From IMG/VR virus record IMGVR_UViG_3300042691_036107: a stretch of 64,000 nt of DNA. One strand, given 5' to 3'. Positions 17,544 through 26,455 of this stretch are shown piece by piece. The stretch is from an uncultured virus (IMG/VR IMGVR_UViG_3300042691_036107) (lineage: Duplodnaviria; Heunggongvirae; Uroviricota; Caudoviricetes). Below the pieces are notes generated by a model. That model ran no database searches. It was not told where the DNA came from and was given only the letters and a program-made list of their open reading frames with translations. Every line of letters begins with the position of its first letter. The stretch's first letter is position 1. The position numbers were made by a program, and so were the translations under genes.

Positions 17544-17992
17544 TGCAGCTCTTTCTCGATGAACTCGAAGTCGAGGCAGCGGCGCTCTACGCTCAATTGT
17601 GTACGATGAGAGGTGCTCCTCGTGCACGTCTGCTCTATGAGCCGTCGATCTTGACGGGGTTGCGCGATCATGTCGCCGTGCTGGAGAAGTACGGGCAAGA
17701 CACGAGCGTCGTACGGGTGGTTACTCGCGTCATAGGAGGGGCTGTTCCAGCAAGTTACGGCTCGCCGGCAACGACAGATGAAGTCAGGATCGACTCGTCT
17801 TTCAACCAGTCTCTCGCGTTCTTGCTCACGCGCAAGCAGCACTGGCGCGCGGGCGTGACGACGATGGCTTCGACAGGCCGGATCAAAGCGCAGAAGATCG
17901 CGTACGCCGGGAACGGACCCATCTGGAAACACCAGATCATGCGTGCCGGTCAGACGGTCGGCGTCTTCGTGATGCCCGGGAGCGATCCATGA
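17543..17992 (+). CDS. hypothetical protein
   Basis: Coupled ORF in + strand operon. Confidence 0.6.
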   Translation: MQLFLDELEVEAAALYAQLCTMRGAPRARLLYEPSILTGLRDHVAVLEKYGQDTSVVRVVTRVIGGAVPASYGSPATTDEVRIDSSFNQSLAFLLTRKQHWRAGVTTMASTGRIKAQKIAYAGNGPIWKHQIMRAGQTVGVFVMPGSDP

Positions 17993-18510
17993 CCGAAGAC
18001 GAGAAGCTCTTCTGCCCTTCGTGCTGGTCGCCGAATGTGGAGCGGTTCGAGGGCGGGATCCCCGGTCGAGCGCCACTCCTGCTGGCTTACTGCGACTACT
18101 GCTCGTGGGTCGGCGAGGTCTGGCGCTTGGCCTATTGGCCGAAGCACGTGCAAGGGCATGAACCGCCGCCCAATCTGGTTCGTCTCTCGATGCTGCCCCG
18201 TGCGTTGTGGAAGGGTCGGGCGGTCCTGCATCCATCAAGCTCGGACGAACACGGGCCGCGCTGGCTGGTCAAGGACGAACCAGACGCTGAAATTCAGACG
18301 CCCCCGAGCTGGGATTTCGACGTGGGTATCGTCATCGAGTTCGGCTTCGACAAGTTCATGCAGGACTGGCGTGTTCGCTTCCTGCTCGGGTACGGCGGCG
18401 GTCCTTCTTCGACGCTGACTTACGGCGCGATGTTCTTGTGGACGCCCGCCGAGCCAACGATGGCCGAGCAGCTAGCCGCGATGGCTGAAGGAGAAGAAGA
18501 TGGCGACTAA
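17989..18510 (+). CDS. zinc-ribbon protein with tag-like C-terminus
   Basis: CPSC, CDYC; ends TMAEQLAAMAE. Confidence 0.65.
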   Translation: MTEDEKLFCPSCWSPNVERFEGGIPGRAPLLLAYCDYCSWVGEVWRLAYWPKHVQGHEPPPNLVRLSMLPRALWKGRAVLHPSSSDEHGPRWLVKDEPDAEIQTPPSWDFDVGIVIEFGFDKFMQDWRVRFLLGYGGGPSSTLTYGAMFLWTPAEPTMAEQLAAMAEGEEDGD

Positions 18511-19012
18511 TCTCTGTACGAGCTTCTGCCCGAAGTGCGGGTACTGGGTGCGGTTGGGGGACCTGCGAGGGAAGCCGATCGAGTTCCGAAGGACCGGTGA
18601 ATACGCACCCGAGTTGGGTTGCCGCTTCGACTGCCCCTGCGGAGAGGTCTACTTCGCGATTTGGCGGCGTAGGGACACGTTCTGGGGGCCAGATTTGATG
18701 CGAGACGCGGACAGGGACGAACTCGGGTTCAAGACCGGCCAGCGAATCCAGAACGAGCACAAGGGCAAGTTCTACATCCAGCGCAAGGACTGGCGTGAAG
18801 AGACGGGCACGTTCACGATCGACCTGTCGTACTACTGCACCTATCGGGACGAAGACCTGACCGAAGAAGACGGCGAAGAACGCGAGCGCATCCTGAGCGG
18901 TCAACTTGATCCTCGGCGGTTGTGCAAGGACAACGCCCACCATACCGAGCTGGTCTGGGGGCATGGATCGCCCGCGGTTCTGCTCGCCGGCATGAAGGAA
19001 GAGGAGAAGTGA
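18500..19012 (+). CDS. Cys-rich hypothetical protein with tag-like C-terminus
   Basis: CPKC, CPC; ends SPAVLLAGMK. Confidence 0.65.
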   Translation: MATNLCTSFCPKCGYWVRLGDLRGKPIEFRRTGEYAPELGCRFDCPCGEVYFAIWRRRDTFWGPDLMRDADRDELGFKTGQRIQNEHKGKFYIQRKDWREETGTFTIDLSYYCTYRDEDLTEEDGEERERILSGQLDPRRLCKDNAHHTELVWGHGSPAVLLAGMKEEEK

Positions 19013-19494
19013 TGCCGAACTACCCGATGCCGGAATGGGCGGTCGTTCCGCCGGCGCTGCTTCTGATATTCGGCGTCACCGTTGAGGATCGCTCGCTCGA
19101 TGGACTAGAAAGAGCGTTCAGCTTGACGTGGACCGAGCCTGACTCGGGTATCCGGTGCGAGGTGTTCGTCGGATGGCAGGACAACACGCCAGGCAAGGTC
19201 AGGCCTCTGTCATTCGTGAACGGCTACGTGTGGCCTCCCGAGGGATGTCCGGTCTTCGATAGCGTCGATGTCGAAGTGCCCGGTGGCGTCACCTACCCGT
19301 CTGACGGCGTGTGGTGCGGGAACGGCAAGGCGGGCTTCGACACCCAGCACAGCTCGATGCCCCGAGAAGAGTTCACGGTCGTCCGTGTCATGCACGAAAC
19401 GCGATCGTTCGCGGAGCAGGTTGCGGCGCTGTGCTCGCCATCCGTGCTTCTGCTCTCAGCCATGAAGAACAACCAGGAAGGAGATGAAAGATGA
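19012..19494 (+). CDS. hypothetical protein
   Basis: TGATG coupling; NGYV..GGVTY..GFDTQH phage-like motifs. Confidence 0.6.
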   Translation: MPNYPMPEWAVVPPALLLIFGVTVEDRSLDGLERAFSLTWTEPDSGIRCEVFVGWQDNTPGKVRPLSFVNGYVWPPEGCPVFDSVDVEVPGGVTYPSDGVWCGNGKAGFDTQHSSMPREEFTVVRVMHETRSFAEQVAALCSPSVLLLSAMKNNQEGDER

Positions 19495-19733
19495 CGTTCG
19501 ACGGTAAGGAAGAAGTCGGGTTCTATCAGGCGGTCGTGCTCAAGAGTGGGCTCAAGCTTTACGCCAAGACCGGCATCAGGCCCAACCGGGCTTGGACTCC
19601 GACGGCGATGATGAAGCTCGCGAGATCGATCACGGGCAAGCCGCTGAAGGCGCGCGACTACGAAGGTGCTGTCGCGGCGCTCCAAGTCTGGATCGACGAG
19701 CAGGTCGCCGCGCGACAGGCGAAGGAGGAGTGA
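19491..19733 (+). CDS. hypothetical protein
   Basis: AGGAG RBS. Confidence 0.65.
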   Translation: MTFDGKEEVGFYQAVVLKSGLKLYAKTGIRPNRAWTPTAMMKLARSITGKPLKARDYEGAVAALQVWIDEQVAARQAKEE

Positions 19734-20104
19734 TGCGGAAGGTGAGTCGGAACGCCGTTCAGGACTTCTGGCAGTGCAAGCCGGCACGGCACAGCAACAC
19801 TTGGATCGTCCAGGAAGGCGACTGGACCGTGATGCTCCTGCACGGTAACGCAATCGCGAGACGCCGAGGCCTTCGGCTGGAAGTCAGCTCGGCCGGTTGG
19901 ACGACCTCGACCACGCGGGAGCGCCTGAACGGCGTGCTCAGCGAGGTCAACGCTCACGCCTGGATCAAGGACGGCGTGCTGTACGCGGCCGGTCCCGGCT
20001 TGGACTGCGAAGGCCCTGTCGAGCTGGACCGGACCTGGACGGCTGTGAAGTTCGGGACGCCGGCCGAGCAGCTCGTGTACGCGACGAGGAAGACCGAGCC
20101 GTGA
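19733..20104 (+). CDS. hypothetical protein with PAEQL tag
   Basis: LHGNAIA..AGWTTSTTRERLN; ends GTPAEQLV. Confidence 0.7.
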   Translation: MRKVSRNAVQDFWQCKPARHSNTWIVQEGDWTVMLLHGNAIARRRGLRLEVSSAGWTTSTTRERLNGVLSEVNAHAWIKDGVLYAAGPGLDCEGPVELDRTWTAVKFGTPAEQLVYATRKTEP

Positions 20105-20265
20105 CCGAGTTCAAGCTGAAAGGCGGAAGCTGGCGCTCTCTAGCAGCGTCCGCCAGACTTCCCCGACGCCTCGTGGAACTGCCTGACGACAAGGGCTTCT
20201 CCAGGGGCTTTCGTCTGATCAGGAGGCTCACGCCTGCCCAGCAGCTCGCAGAGGTGGCGCCTTGA
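20101..20265 (+). CDS. cassette C1
   Basis: KLKGGSW...SRGFRLIRRLTPAQQLAEVAP. Confidence 0.8.
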   Translation: MTEFKLKGGSWRSLAASARLPRRLVELPDDKGFSRGFRLIRRLTPAQQLAEVAP

Positions 20266-20426
20266 TCCCGTGTTACGGCGGCTCGTTCAACGGTCCTTCC
20301 GGCTGGACCCGGGTTGCCGGATTTCCAGGAAGTTCGTACCGCGCCTCAGACATTCATCTGAGCTTGGGCTTCCGGCTCGTTCGCCGGCTCAAGCCAGCGC
20401 AGGTGCTCAGCGAGGTGCAGCGATGA
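20262..20426 (+). CDS. cassette C2
   Basis: Manual: CYGGSF...SLGFRLVRRLKPAQVLSEVQR. Confidence 0.75.
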   Translation: MIPCYGGSFNGPSGWTRVAGFPGSSYRASDIHLSLGFRLVRRLKPAQVLSEVQR

Positions 20427-20590
20427 CGCGGTTCTACGGGTTCACGGGCGGCGGGTACAACGACGCGAAAGATTGGGCTCAGCCCGGCGTTGGTAGCTGT
20501 ATTAAACCGACCGAGCGCGTGAAGAGCTTCGGCTTCAGGCTGGTCCGTCGTATGAAGCTAGCGCAGGCCTTGGCGGAGGTGAAGCCGTGA
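20423..20590 (+). CDS. cassette C3
   Basis: FTGGGY...SFGFRLVRRMKLAQALAEVKP. Confidence 0.75.
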   Translation: MTRFYGFTGGGYNDAKDWAQPGVGSCIKPTERVKSFGFRLVRRMKLAQALAEVKP

Positions 20591-20757
20591 GGCAGCTACG
20601 AAGAGGTATCGCAGGAGGCTGCTTCGGATCCGACGTGTTCTCTACGAAGCCCGAGAAACTCGGAAGCGACGGGGTTCAGGTCAAGGACGATGACCTGGGC
20701 TTCCGGCTGGTCAGGCGTCTCGTTCCCGCTCAGATGCTCTCGGAGGTGAAGCCTTGA
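20587..20757 (+). CDS. cassette C4
   Basis: Manual: IAGGCF...DDLGFRLVRRLVPAQMLSEVKP. Confidence 0.75.
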   Translation: MRQLRRGIAGGCFGSDVFSTKPEKLGSDGVQVKDDDLGFRLVRRLVPAQMLSEVKP

Positions 20758-20924
20758 TCAAGCAAGCAGTGTCAATGCGTGGAGGCTGCTTCCTGTTCTT
20801 GGCTATGAGTGCACGTTTGAACTACCATATTCATGTAAACCGAGAGGGGTACATGTGGTCGCAATCTTTCCGCTTGGTCCGGCGTGTCGGACCGGCGCAA
20901 CAACTCGCCGAGATCAACCGATGA
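20754..20924 (+). CDS. cassette C5
   Basis: Manual: MRGGCF...QSFRLVRRVGPAQQLAEINR. Confidence 0.75.
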   Translation: MIKQAVSMRGGCFLFLAMSARLNYHIHVNREGYMWSQSFRLVRRVGPAQQLAEINR

Positions 20925-21172
20925 AACTCGGTGATCGGGTCTGCGTGCGAAACAAGCCGAAGGACGAAACGTCCGTGGTCTACGAGGTCTGGCGCAAGAA
21001 GCTGTGCGGGACCGCCAGCGAGAAGATCTACGGTTGGCCGAATTTCGTCCGTATCGAGTTCGACAACGGCTGGGACCTTTACTTGAACGTGCGCCTGTTG
21101 GATGTCCTGACTCCGGCGGAGGAGTTGGTGTTCAAGACTACGCGGCGAAAGCCGACGAGGAGAGCAAAGTGA
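20921..21172 (+). CDS. small KOW/SH3-like protein with PAEEL tag
   Basis: MKLGDRVCV...DVLTPAEELV. Confidence 0.7.
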   Translation: MKLGDRVCVRNKPKDETSVVYEVWRKKLCGTASEKIYGWPNFVRIEFDNGWDLYLNVRLLDVLTPAEELVFKTTRRKPTRRAK

Positions 21173-21867
21173 TCGAGAAGAACTACACGCGGTACAAGAC
21201 GGATGACCTACTTCGGTTGTTCGGAATGATCGAGCGCACGACGCGCAAGATGAATCGGACCAACGGGAACTTCATGCGTCTCTTGCGGTCTCGTACGGCT
21301 ACGGGCTGGACGCTCGAAGAAAGCGACCAGGCTGAGATCAAGAAGGTCAAGATCTTTGTGCCTTCGCCCGAGAGTATTTACCAGCTCTACCCAGCGGAGG
21401 CCTTGACGACGCCGGATCGCATCCCGCTCGATGCGTTGCTGCTGAACTTCGCCCTTCCGCTCACGGCGGAGGTTCTGCGTACGACGGTCTCTTGGTTGGA
21501 AAGGAATGGTCAAGCATCTCCGCTGCTGCGCGAGGCCATCCAGGCCGAGAACATCGAGCTGCATGTCTTGCCCGCGAAGGTTGAGAAGCCGCCGCCGTCG
21601 CGTAAGCTCAATGAAGCGGAGAAACGTCAGCGTTTGCGGGAGCTGTACGGCTCTGGCGGAGAATTGGCGCACCCTGGCTCGGGGCGTGGTGCTTCGTGGC
21701 AATACGAGTTTCAGTCAACGCGTCGCCGTTACGAGGCTGAACTAGCGCGTCGGATGAATCACCGGTCGAAGCTACTGGAAATTGGTGAATCTGTGCCGCT
21801 CTACGAGACGTGGCCCGAGTTCTTGCGCCGGCTCGCGGACGAGCACGAGCACGAGCACGAGTCGTGA
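21169..21867 (+). CDS. NxTxYxTxDL family protein 1
   Basis: KNYTRYKTDDL; internal YPAEAL; YETWPEFLRR. Confidence 0.7.
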   Translation: MIEKNYTRYKTDDLLRLFGMIERTTRKMNRTNGNFMRLLRSRTATGWTLEESDQAEIKKVKIFVPSPESIYQLYPAEALTTPDRIPLDALLLNFALPLTAEVLRTTVSWLERNGQASPLLREAIQAENIELHVLPAKVEKPPPSRKLNEAEKRQRLRELYGSGGELAHPGSGRGASWQYEFQSTRRRYEAELARRMNHRSKLLEIGESVPLYETWPEFLRRLADEHEHEHES

Positions 21868-22343
21868 AGACGTTCCGGCTCGTGAAGTGCGCGGAGGACG
21901 AGTCAGAACTGCTGTTCGAGGTCCGGCTGACGTTGGACCTGATCACGCGACTTCGTGGGATCGCCGACTTCGTGGCCAATGCTACCGTCGCTGATTGGGG
22001 GCTCGTCCAAGTCACGATCGACCTGGAAACCTGTGATTTGGAAGCGGCAGTAACGCTGAACAGCGCGCCGTACGAGGATGAGAACCTCAGGCACATCGAT
22101 GCGGCTGTCGACAACTGGGTGCGTTTCAGCATGGACACTGTTGTCGGAACGCCGGTCAAGAAGCACAGCTTGCTCACGGTGAATGTGTTTGGAGCGGGTG
22201 TGCATTTCGAGTATTACCTCGATCCGGACAAGACTCACGCAGAGCCGTACCACGTCTGGGTAGAGCTGTCGTTCACTGAACTGGATCAACTCATCATGCC
22301 GGCAGAGCTGCTGGCTGCGCTGAAAGAGGAGGACGAGCAATGA
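21864..22343 (+). CDS. hypothetical protein with PAELL tag
   Basis: Ends IMPAELLAALKEE. Confidence 0.7.
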   Translation: MKTFRLVKCAEDESELLFEVRLTLDLITRLRGIADFVANATVADWGLVQVTIDLETCDLEAAVTLNSAPYEDENLRHIDAAVDNWVRFSMDTVVGTPVKKHSLLTVNVFGAGVHFEYYLDPDKTHAEPYHVWVELSFTELDQLIMPAELLAALKEEDEQ

Positions 22344-22867
22344 GCCGATATGAAGGGCTGGAGCGCGCGAACTACTACGGGGACCGCCGGGTCGCCGAGT
22401 CCATGCGGGTGCGTGCGTACGAGGTCGTCGATGTGGACCGCAACATGCGGGCAAGACTGAAGCTTCACGAGAGCCTCGTCGAGTCGATCGAGGAAGAGGC
22501 AAGTGAACCCGTCGAGGATTACCTGCGGGCGTGCAGCATCCGGGTCGAGAACGATGACGAGCACGGGTTGCTGGTCGTCGTCCGTTCGGACTTCCAGGTC
22601 TGCCCGCTCTGCTCGGGGCGTGGAGCTGTTGTTGATCCGAACATCGACGCGGGAGGACTCACGCGTGAGGATTTCGATCACGACCCTCAGTTCGAGTCCG
22701 ACTACTTCGGGGGCGTGTTCGACATGACTTGTCCGACTTGCGATGGGCTTCGTGTCGTTCCCGAGCCTGACCTCCCGAACGCGTTGCTAGCGCAGGTGCG
22801 GGCGTTCGAGGACGACGCAGACAGCTTCCTGTCGGAACAGCTCGCCGAGCTGCGGTTCGGGTGCTGA
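22340..22867 (+). CDS. protein with CxxCxGxG zinc-finger motifs
   Basis: CPLCSGRG, CPTCDG. Confidence 0.7.
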   Translation: MSRYEGLERANYYGDRRVAESMRVRAYEVVDVDRNMRARLKLHESLVESIEEEASEPVEDYLRACSIRVENDDEHGLLVVVRSDFQVCPLCSGRGAVVDPNIDAGGLTREDFDHDPQFESDYFGGVFDMTCPTCDGLRVVPEPDLPNALLAQVRAFEDDADSFLSEQLAELRFGC

Positions 22868-22868
22868 C

Positions 22869-23696
22869 ATGGCCCATTTCGGCGACATGGACCTGACGCA
22901 TGAATACAGCTATCCGGAGGTGAATGAGCTGTTTCGCCCGTGGTCGTACGAGTCCGGGCAGCTTGCGTTCTTCGATGAGAATCAAGAAGCAATCTCGCCG
23001 TGGTTCAAGAAGATCAAGCTCAGGCTGGATGGCTCACTTCGTTACAGGGACAAGCGCAAGTGGAAGTCAGGGCGCTGGTGGTTCCTGACTGGCCGTGACC
23101 GTGAAGGTCGAATCAAACCGAATCATGTGTTTGATCTGCCGTACCTGTACTCGCTTCATGCGCGCGTGGGGAAGCACATTGATGATCACGTGAGGCCCCC
23201 GCGGTTCGCGCTGCTGGAGCAAGCGCGGACGCTGCTCGGGGATATTCAGCCATACTTTGTGAAGGTACTGTGGACTTCGCCGAAGGAAGACGGTGTACCA
23301 GAGAAGTACATGCGTATCTCGATTCATAACGGTGAAGTCGGGGTGAGCTGGTCGTGGAATTCAGCACGAAACAGTGACTGGACAAAGCTGCAGGACGCGG
23401 AGAAGCTCGCCGCGCTAGCCCACTGTGAACTGGCAGATCAACTGCTCGCGGCCTGTACTCGTTCAGACCGCTGGTGGATCAAGTGTGCGACGGTGCGAAA
23501 CCTGTTGCAAGCCGAGGTCGAGCGGCGGGCGCGGTTGGCAATAGACCGAGGTCTGATCAAGACGAAAGTCTACATCGTTCGGTTTCAAGACGATGTTTGG
23601 GTGTTTCACTCGGCAGACCATGGAACTCGTTTGGGGCACTACACGCAAATGAACGCGATGCCGGACGTGCTCGATCTCAACCTGGAGACAGACTGA
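22869..23696 (+). CDS. hypothetical protein
   Basis: 275 aa ORF in operon. Confidence 0.65.
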   Translation: MAHFGDMDLTHEYSYPEVNELFRPWSYESGQLAFFDENQEAISPWFKKIKLRLDGSLRYRDKRKWKSGRWWFLTGRDREGRIKPNHVFDLPYLYSLHARVGKHIDDHVRPPRFALLEQARTLLGDIQPYFVKVLWTSPKEDGVPEKYMRISIHNGEVGVSWSWNSARNSDWTKLQDAEKLAALAHCELADQLLAACTRSDRWWIKCATVRNLLQAEVERRARLAIDRGLIKTKVYIVRFQDDVWVFHSADHGTRLGHYTQMNAMPDVLDLNLETD

Positions 23697-24367
23697 TGCG
23701 GATCTACAAGAACCTGACTCGCTACAACACGGAGGACTTGCAAGTTCTTCTGGATGCAGCGTCTCAGTCAAACATCGCGATCATCGTGCGTTACGGCGAG
23801 CCGCTGAAGTCAAGGCGGAGACGATCGCGGCGCGAAGTCGAGTGTGATCACGCGCGGTTCGACGGGCATACGCTCAGGATTTCGGGGCTCAAGCGCATCG
23901 AAGATCACCTCAGCCCCGCTGAAGCGCTGGCATTCAAGGGCTGCAGGAACCTGCCCTCGAAGGTGGTTGACGACATCGCCTACGCCGTGAGCCATCACTT
24001 CAGGGGGAAAGAGCCGCAACGGAATTTCATCGTTCGTGTCGAGCGGCGCGTTCAGACGCCGCAAGCGCGGAGGGTGCGGTCAGCCGAAGAACGGCATGAG
24101 GCGTTGCGCGAGCGGCACGGGTTCAACTTCGTCCTCGAAGGCAGCTCCAGGACAAGCGAGTGGTACTGGAAGAGCAAGCTGGACTCTGCGCGTAGCTACT
24201 ACGAGCGAGAGTGGGACCGGCGGGATGCCTGGCGCCAGAAGTTGCTCAAGGAAGGAGTCGAAGTTCGGGCGCACGAGACGTGGGGCGAGTTCCTTCGCCG
24301 CAAGGCGGAGGAGTGGGACATCGAGCAGAAGCGCCGCGCCGAGTGGGCGGCGAGGAGATTCGGATGA
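23696..24367 (+). CDS. NxTxYxTxDL family protein 2
   Basis: KNLTRYNTEDL; LSPAEALA; HETWGEFLRR. Confidence 0.7.
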   Translation: MRIYKNLTRYNTEDLQVLLDAASQSNIAIIVRYGEPLKSRRRRSRREVECDHARFDGHTLRISGLKRIEDHLSPAEALAFKGCRNLPSKVVDDIAYAVSHHFRGKEPQRNFIVRVERRVQTPQARRVRSAEERHEALRERHGFNFVLEGSSRTSEWYWKSKLDSARSYYEREWDRRDAWRQKLLKEGVEVRAHETWGEFLRRKAEEWDIEQKRRAEWAARRFG

Positions 24368-25062
24368 GTAGGCGCGATGATGTGGAGCGGTTCGAGCACG
24401 CGGGATTTCTTGTCCGCATCAATCAGGATGATCAGACGGACAGCCCGGACGACTGGGGCGACGAAGCGTGCTTCCTCAGCGAGCTGAAGCACCAGAATTT
24501 CCGTGCTTTTGGGCGGAAGGGCTGGGACGCCTACGAGGCGAAGAACTCGATCCCGTGGGGTGATTTCCCCTGGAACTGGAAGGAGAACTCGGATTGGCTC
24601 ATGGACGAGTTCGGCGGGGAAGACGAGGCGAAAGAGCATTGGGAGAAGGCTTACGACCCGGCGTGGGAGGTGTATCCCGTTCAGCTTCACGACTACGGCA
24701 GCAACGGCTCCAGCCTGCACATGTGTGACTACGAGGAGGCTCACGCCTTCATTTTCGTCCGTGTTCCTGCGACGGCGGCAGAGAAGCTCGCGGCGCTGGA
24801 CGAGGACGGGCCGTTTCGTGGCTTCGTCGATCCCGACAAGGCGGCGCGGGCGTTGATCGAGGACTGGGACAACTACCTCAGCGGTAACGTGTGGTGGATT
24901 GTCGTTGAGCAGAAGGTGACTTGTCCGACCTGTGAGCACGACGAGTACAAGCACGTCGATAGTACGGGCGGCGTCTATGGCGATCTCACTGAGGCGATCA
25001 AGGTGGGCAAGGAAATGGCAGAAGCTTGCGCTCCGAGCGCTGTGAAGGAGAGTGCAGGATGA
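24364..25062 (+). CDS. hypothetical phage protein
   Basis: Acidic/aromatic composition; internal TAAEKLAAL. Confidence 0.7.
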   Translation: MSRRDDVERFEHAGFLVRINQDDQTDSPDDWGDEACFLSELKHQNFRAFGRKGWDAYEAKNSIPWGDFPWNWKENSDWLMDEFGGEDEAKEHWEKAYDPAWEVYPVQLHDYGSNGSSLHMCDYEEAHAFIFVRVPATAAEKLAALDEDGPFRGFVDPDKAARALIEDWDNYLSGNVWWIVVEQKVTCPTCEHDEYKHVDSTGGVYGDLTEAIKVGKEMAEACAPSAVKESAG

Positions 25063-25850
25063 GCCAGGAGAACAACATCGAAGTTCCGTACTCCAGCCTG
25101 GTGTACGGTCACAACTACGTCGACCAGACCTTCCGAGCGCACGTCGAGAAGTGGATGAAGCTCTGGATGCCGGGGATGCCCCTTGATCTGCTCGACACGG
25201 AGGACGTGGAGAAGTGGGAGATGTTCTACCCGGCGCGCTTCGAGAAGCGGGCGCTGGATATCACGACCTGGACCTGTTCCGAGTGCGGGGACGAGCACCG
25301 GAGTGTGAACGGTAAATGTCCGGTCGACTTGTGCTGTTCGATCGAAGGCGCGGATGACTTGGCGACGCCGGCGCCGCTCACCCCGGTCGATGAGGAGATG
25401 TACGCGATCTGGGACAAGGAAGAGCAAGAGTGGATCATGCCTGAACGGGGAGATGGCAGCGACTACGCCATCCCGTTTGCCCTCTGGATCTTGGAGTCCG
25501 ACGCTGATGAACGTGTCGAAGAGCTGACGCGAGAGACCGAGGATGAAGGGAGGTACGGCTTCCCTTGGGCGCACAACTGGTTCTTCTTGCCGGACCCCTA
25601 CATCCCAGATTCGTGCTTGCACGACGCGGGCTTCACGATCGGGACGTACAACGGCTACCGGCTTTGCGGCATCGATGGCGGGGGGTACAGCTTCAACACC
25701 GTTCATTACGCGAAGCTGGTCGCACTGCTCTCTGAAGCGCGAAACATGACGGTCGAGACAGATCAGGGCTGGGTGCGTGTCACGCTCGACGAGCGAACCC
25801 CGGCTGAGAAGCTAGCTTCCATCACTCCGGTCGAAGAGGAGCAAGAATGA
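25059..25850 (+). CDS. hypothetical protein with PAEKL tag
   Basis: GIDGGGYSF; ends RTPAEKLAS. Confidence 0.7.
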   Translation: MSQENNIEVPYSSLVYGHNYVDQTFRAHVEKWMKLWMPGMPLDLLDTEDVEKWEMFYPARFEKRALDITTWTCSECGDEHRSVNGKCPVDLCCSIEGADDLATPAPLTPVDEEMYAIWDKEEQEWIMPERGDGSDYAIPFALWILESDADERVEELTRETEDEGRYGFPWAHNWFFLPDPYIPDSCLHDAGFTIGTYNGYRLCGIDGGGYSFNTVHYAKLVALLSEARNMTVETDQGWVRVTLDERTPAEKLASITPVEEEQE

Positions 25851-26455
25851 GCGTCCGTGTCCTGAACACTACGCACTATGACACGGCCGACCTGAATCAT
25901 CTGGTTCAGAGGTCGTGTGCAGCAGCGGCTGGAGGGCGTGCTTCATCTTTGGTGGTGTTCGGCTACGAGCCGACGGCCAAAGATCAGGTGATCGCTCGAA
26001 CAATCGAGCGTCGGTTTTGGAAGTCACCAGATCCCGAAACGCTGTTGATCGTACTCGCCGAGCCGAGCAAGCTCGACAAGTGGTTTCCTGCAGCAGAGTT
26101 GCTCGGTTTCGTCGGGCAGAAGCAGACGCCTCCGCTGTTTTCCGGGCACGTCGTTCAGGCCTTGGCCTCCTGGCATCGCTGGGTCGACGAGAAAGAGACG
26201 GCCGCGAGCATGATGACGGGGCCGATCCGGTTCCACGAAAAGCGACAGGCGCCGGCGAAGGAGTGGCAGCGGGCGAAGGCGTACATCCGACTACGTGCGA
26301 AGCTGCATGATCTGGAGGCGGCTGAGAGGAAGCTGACGAAGCTTCAAGACGCGGTAGCGCGGGATAAGCGTTTGGCCTTTCAATACGCCAAGACTGTAGG
26401 CGTTAAACCCGAGGAAATCGTGACTAACCTGCTTCTTCTTCGAGGTGCGGGATGA
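25847..26455 (+). CDS. NxTxYxTxDL family protein 3
   Basis: LNTTHYDTADL; FPAAELLG. Confidence 0.65.
   Translation: MSVRVLNTTHYDTADLNHLVQRSCAAAAGGRASSLVVFGYEPTAKDQVIARTIERRFWKSPDPETLLIVLAEPSKLDKWFPAAELLGFVGQKQTPPLFSGHVVQALASWHRWVDEKETAASMMTGPIRFHEKRQAPAKEWQRAKAYIRLRAKLHDLEAAERKLTKLQDAVARDKRLAFQYAKTVGVKPEEIVTNLLLLRGAG

Noticed and set aside
6441..20924. Classical diversity-generating retroelement (TR/VR + RT)
   Set aside because: No reverse transcriptase or Avd recognised in the window. No pair of near-identical repeats differing only at adenines was seen; cassettes differ at all bases and in length. An RT outside the window cannot be excluded.
21841..21861. GAGCAC tandem repeat
   Set aside because: Only 3.5 copies encoding EHEHEHE at a protein C-terminus; no evidence of function.
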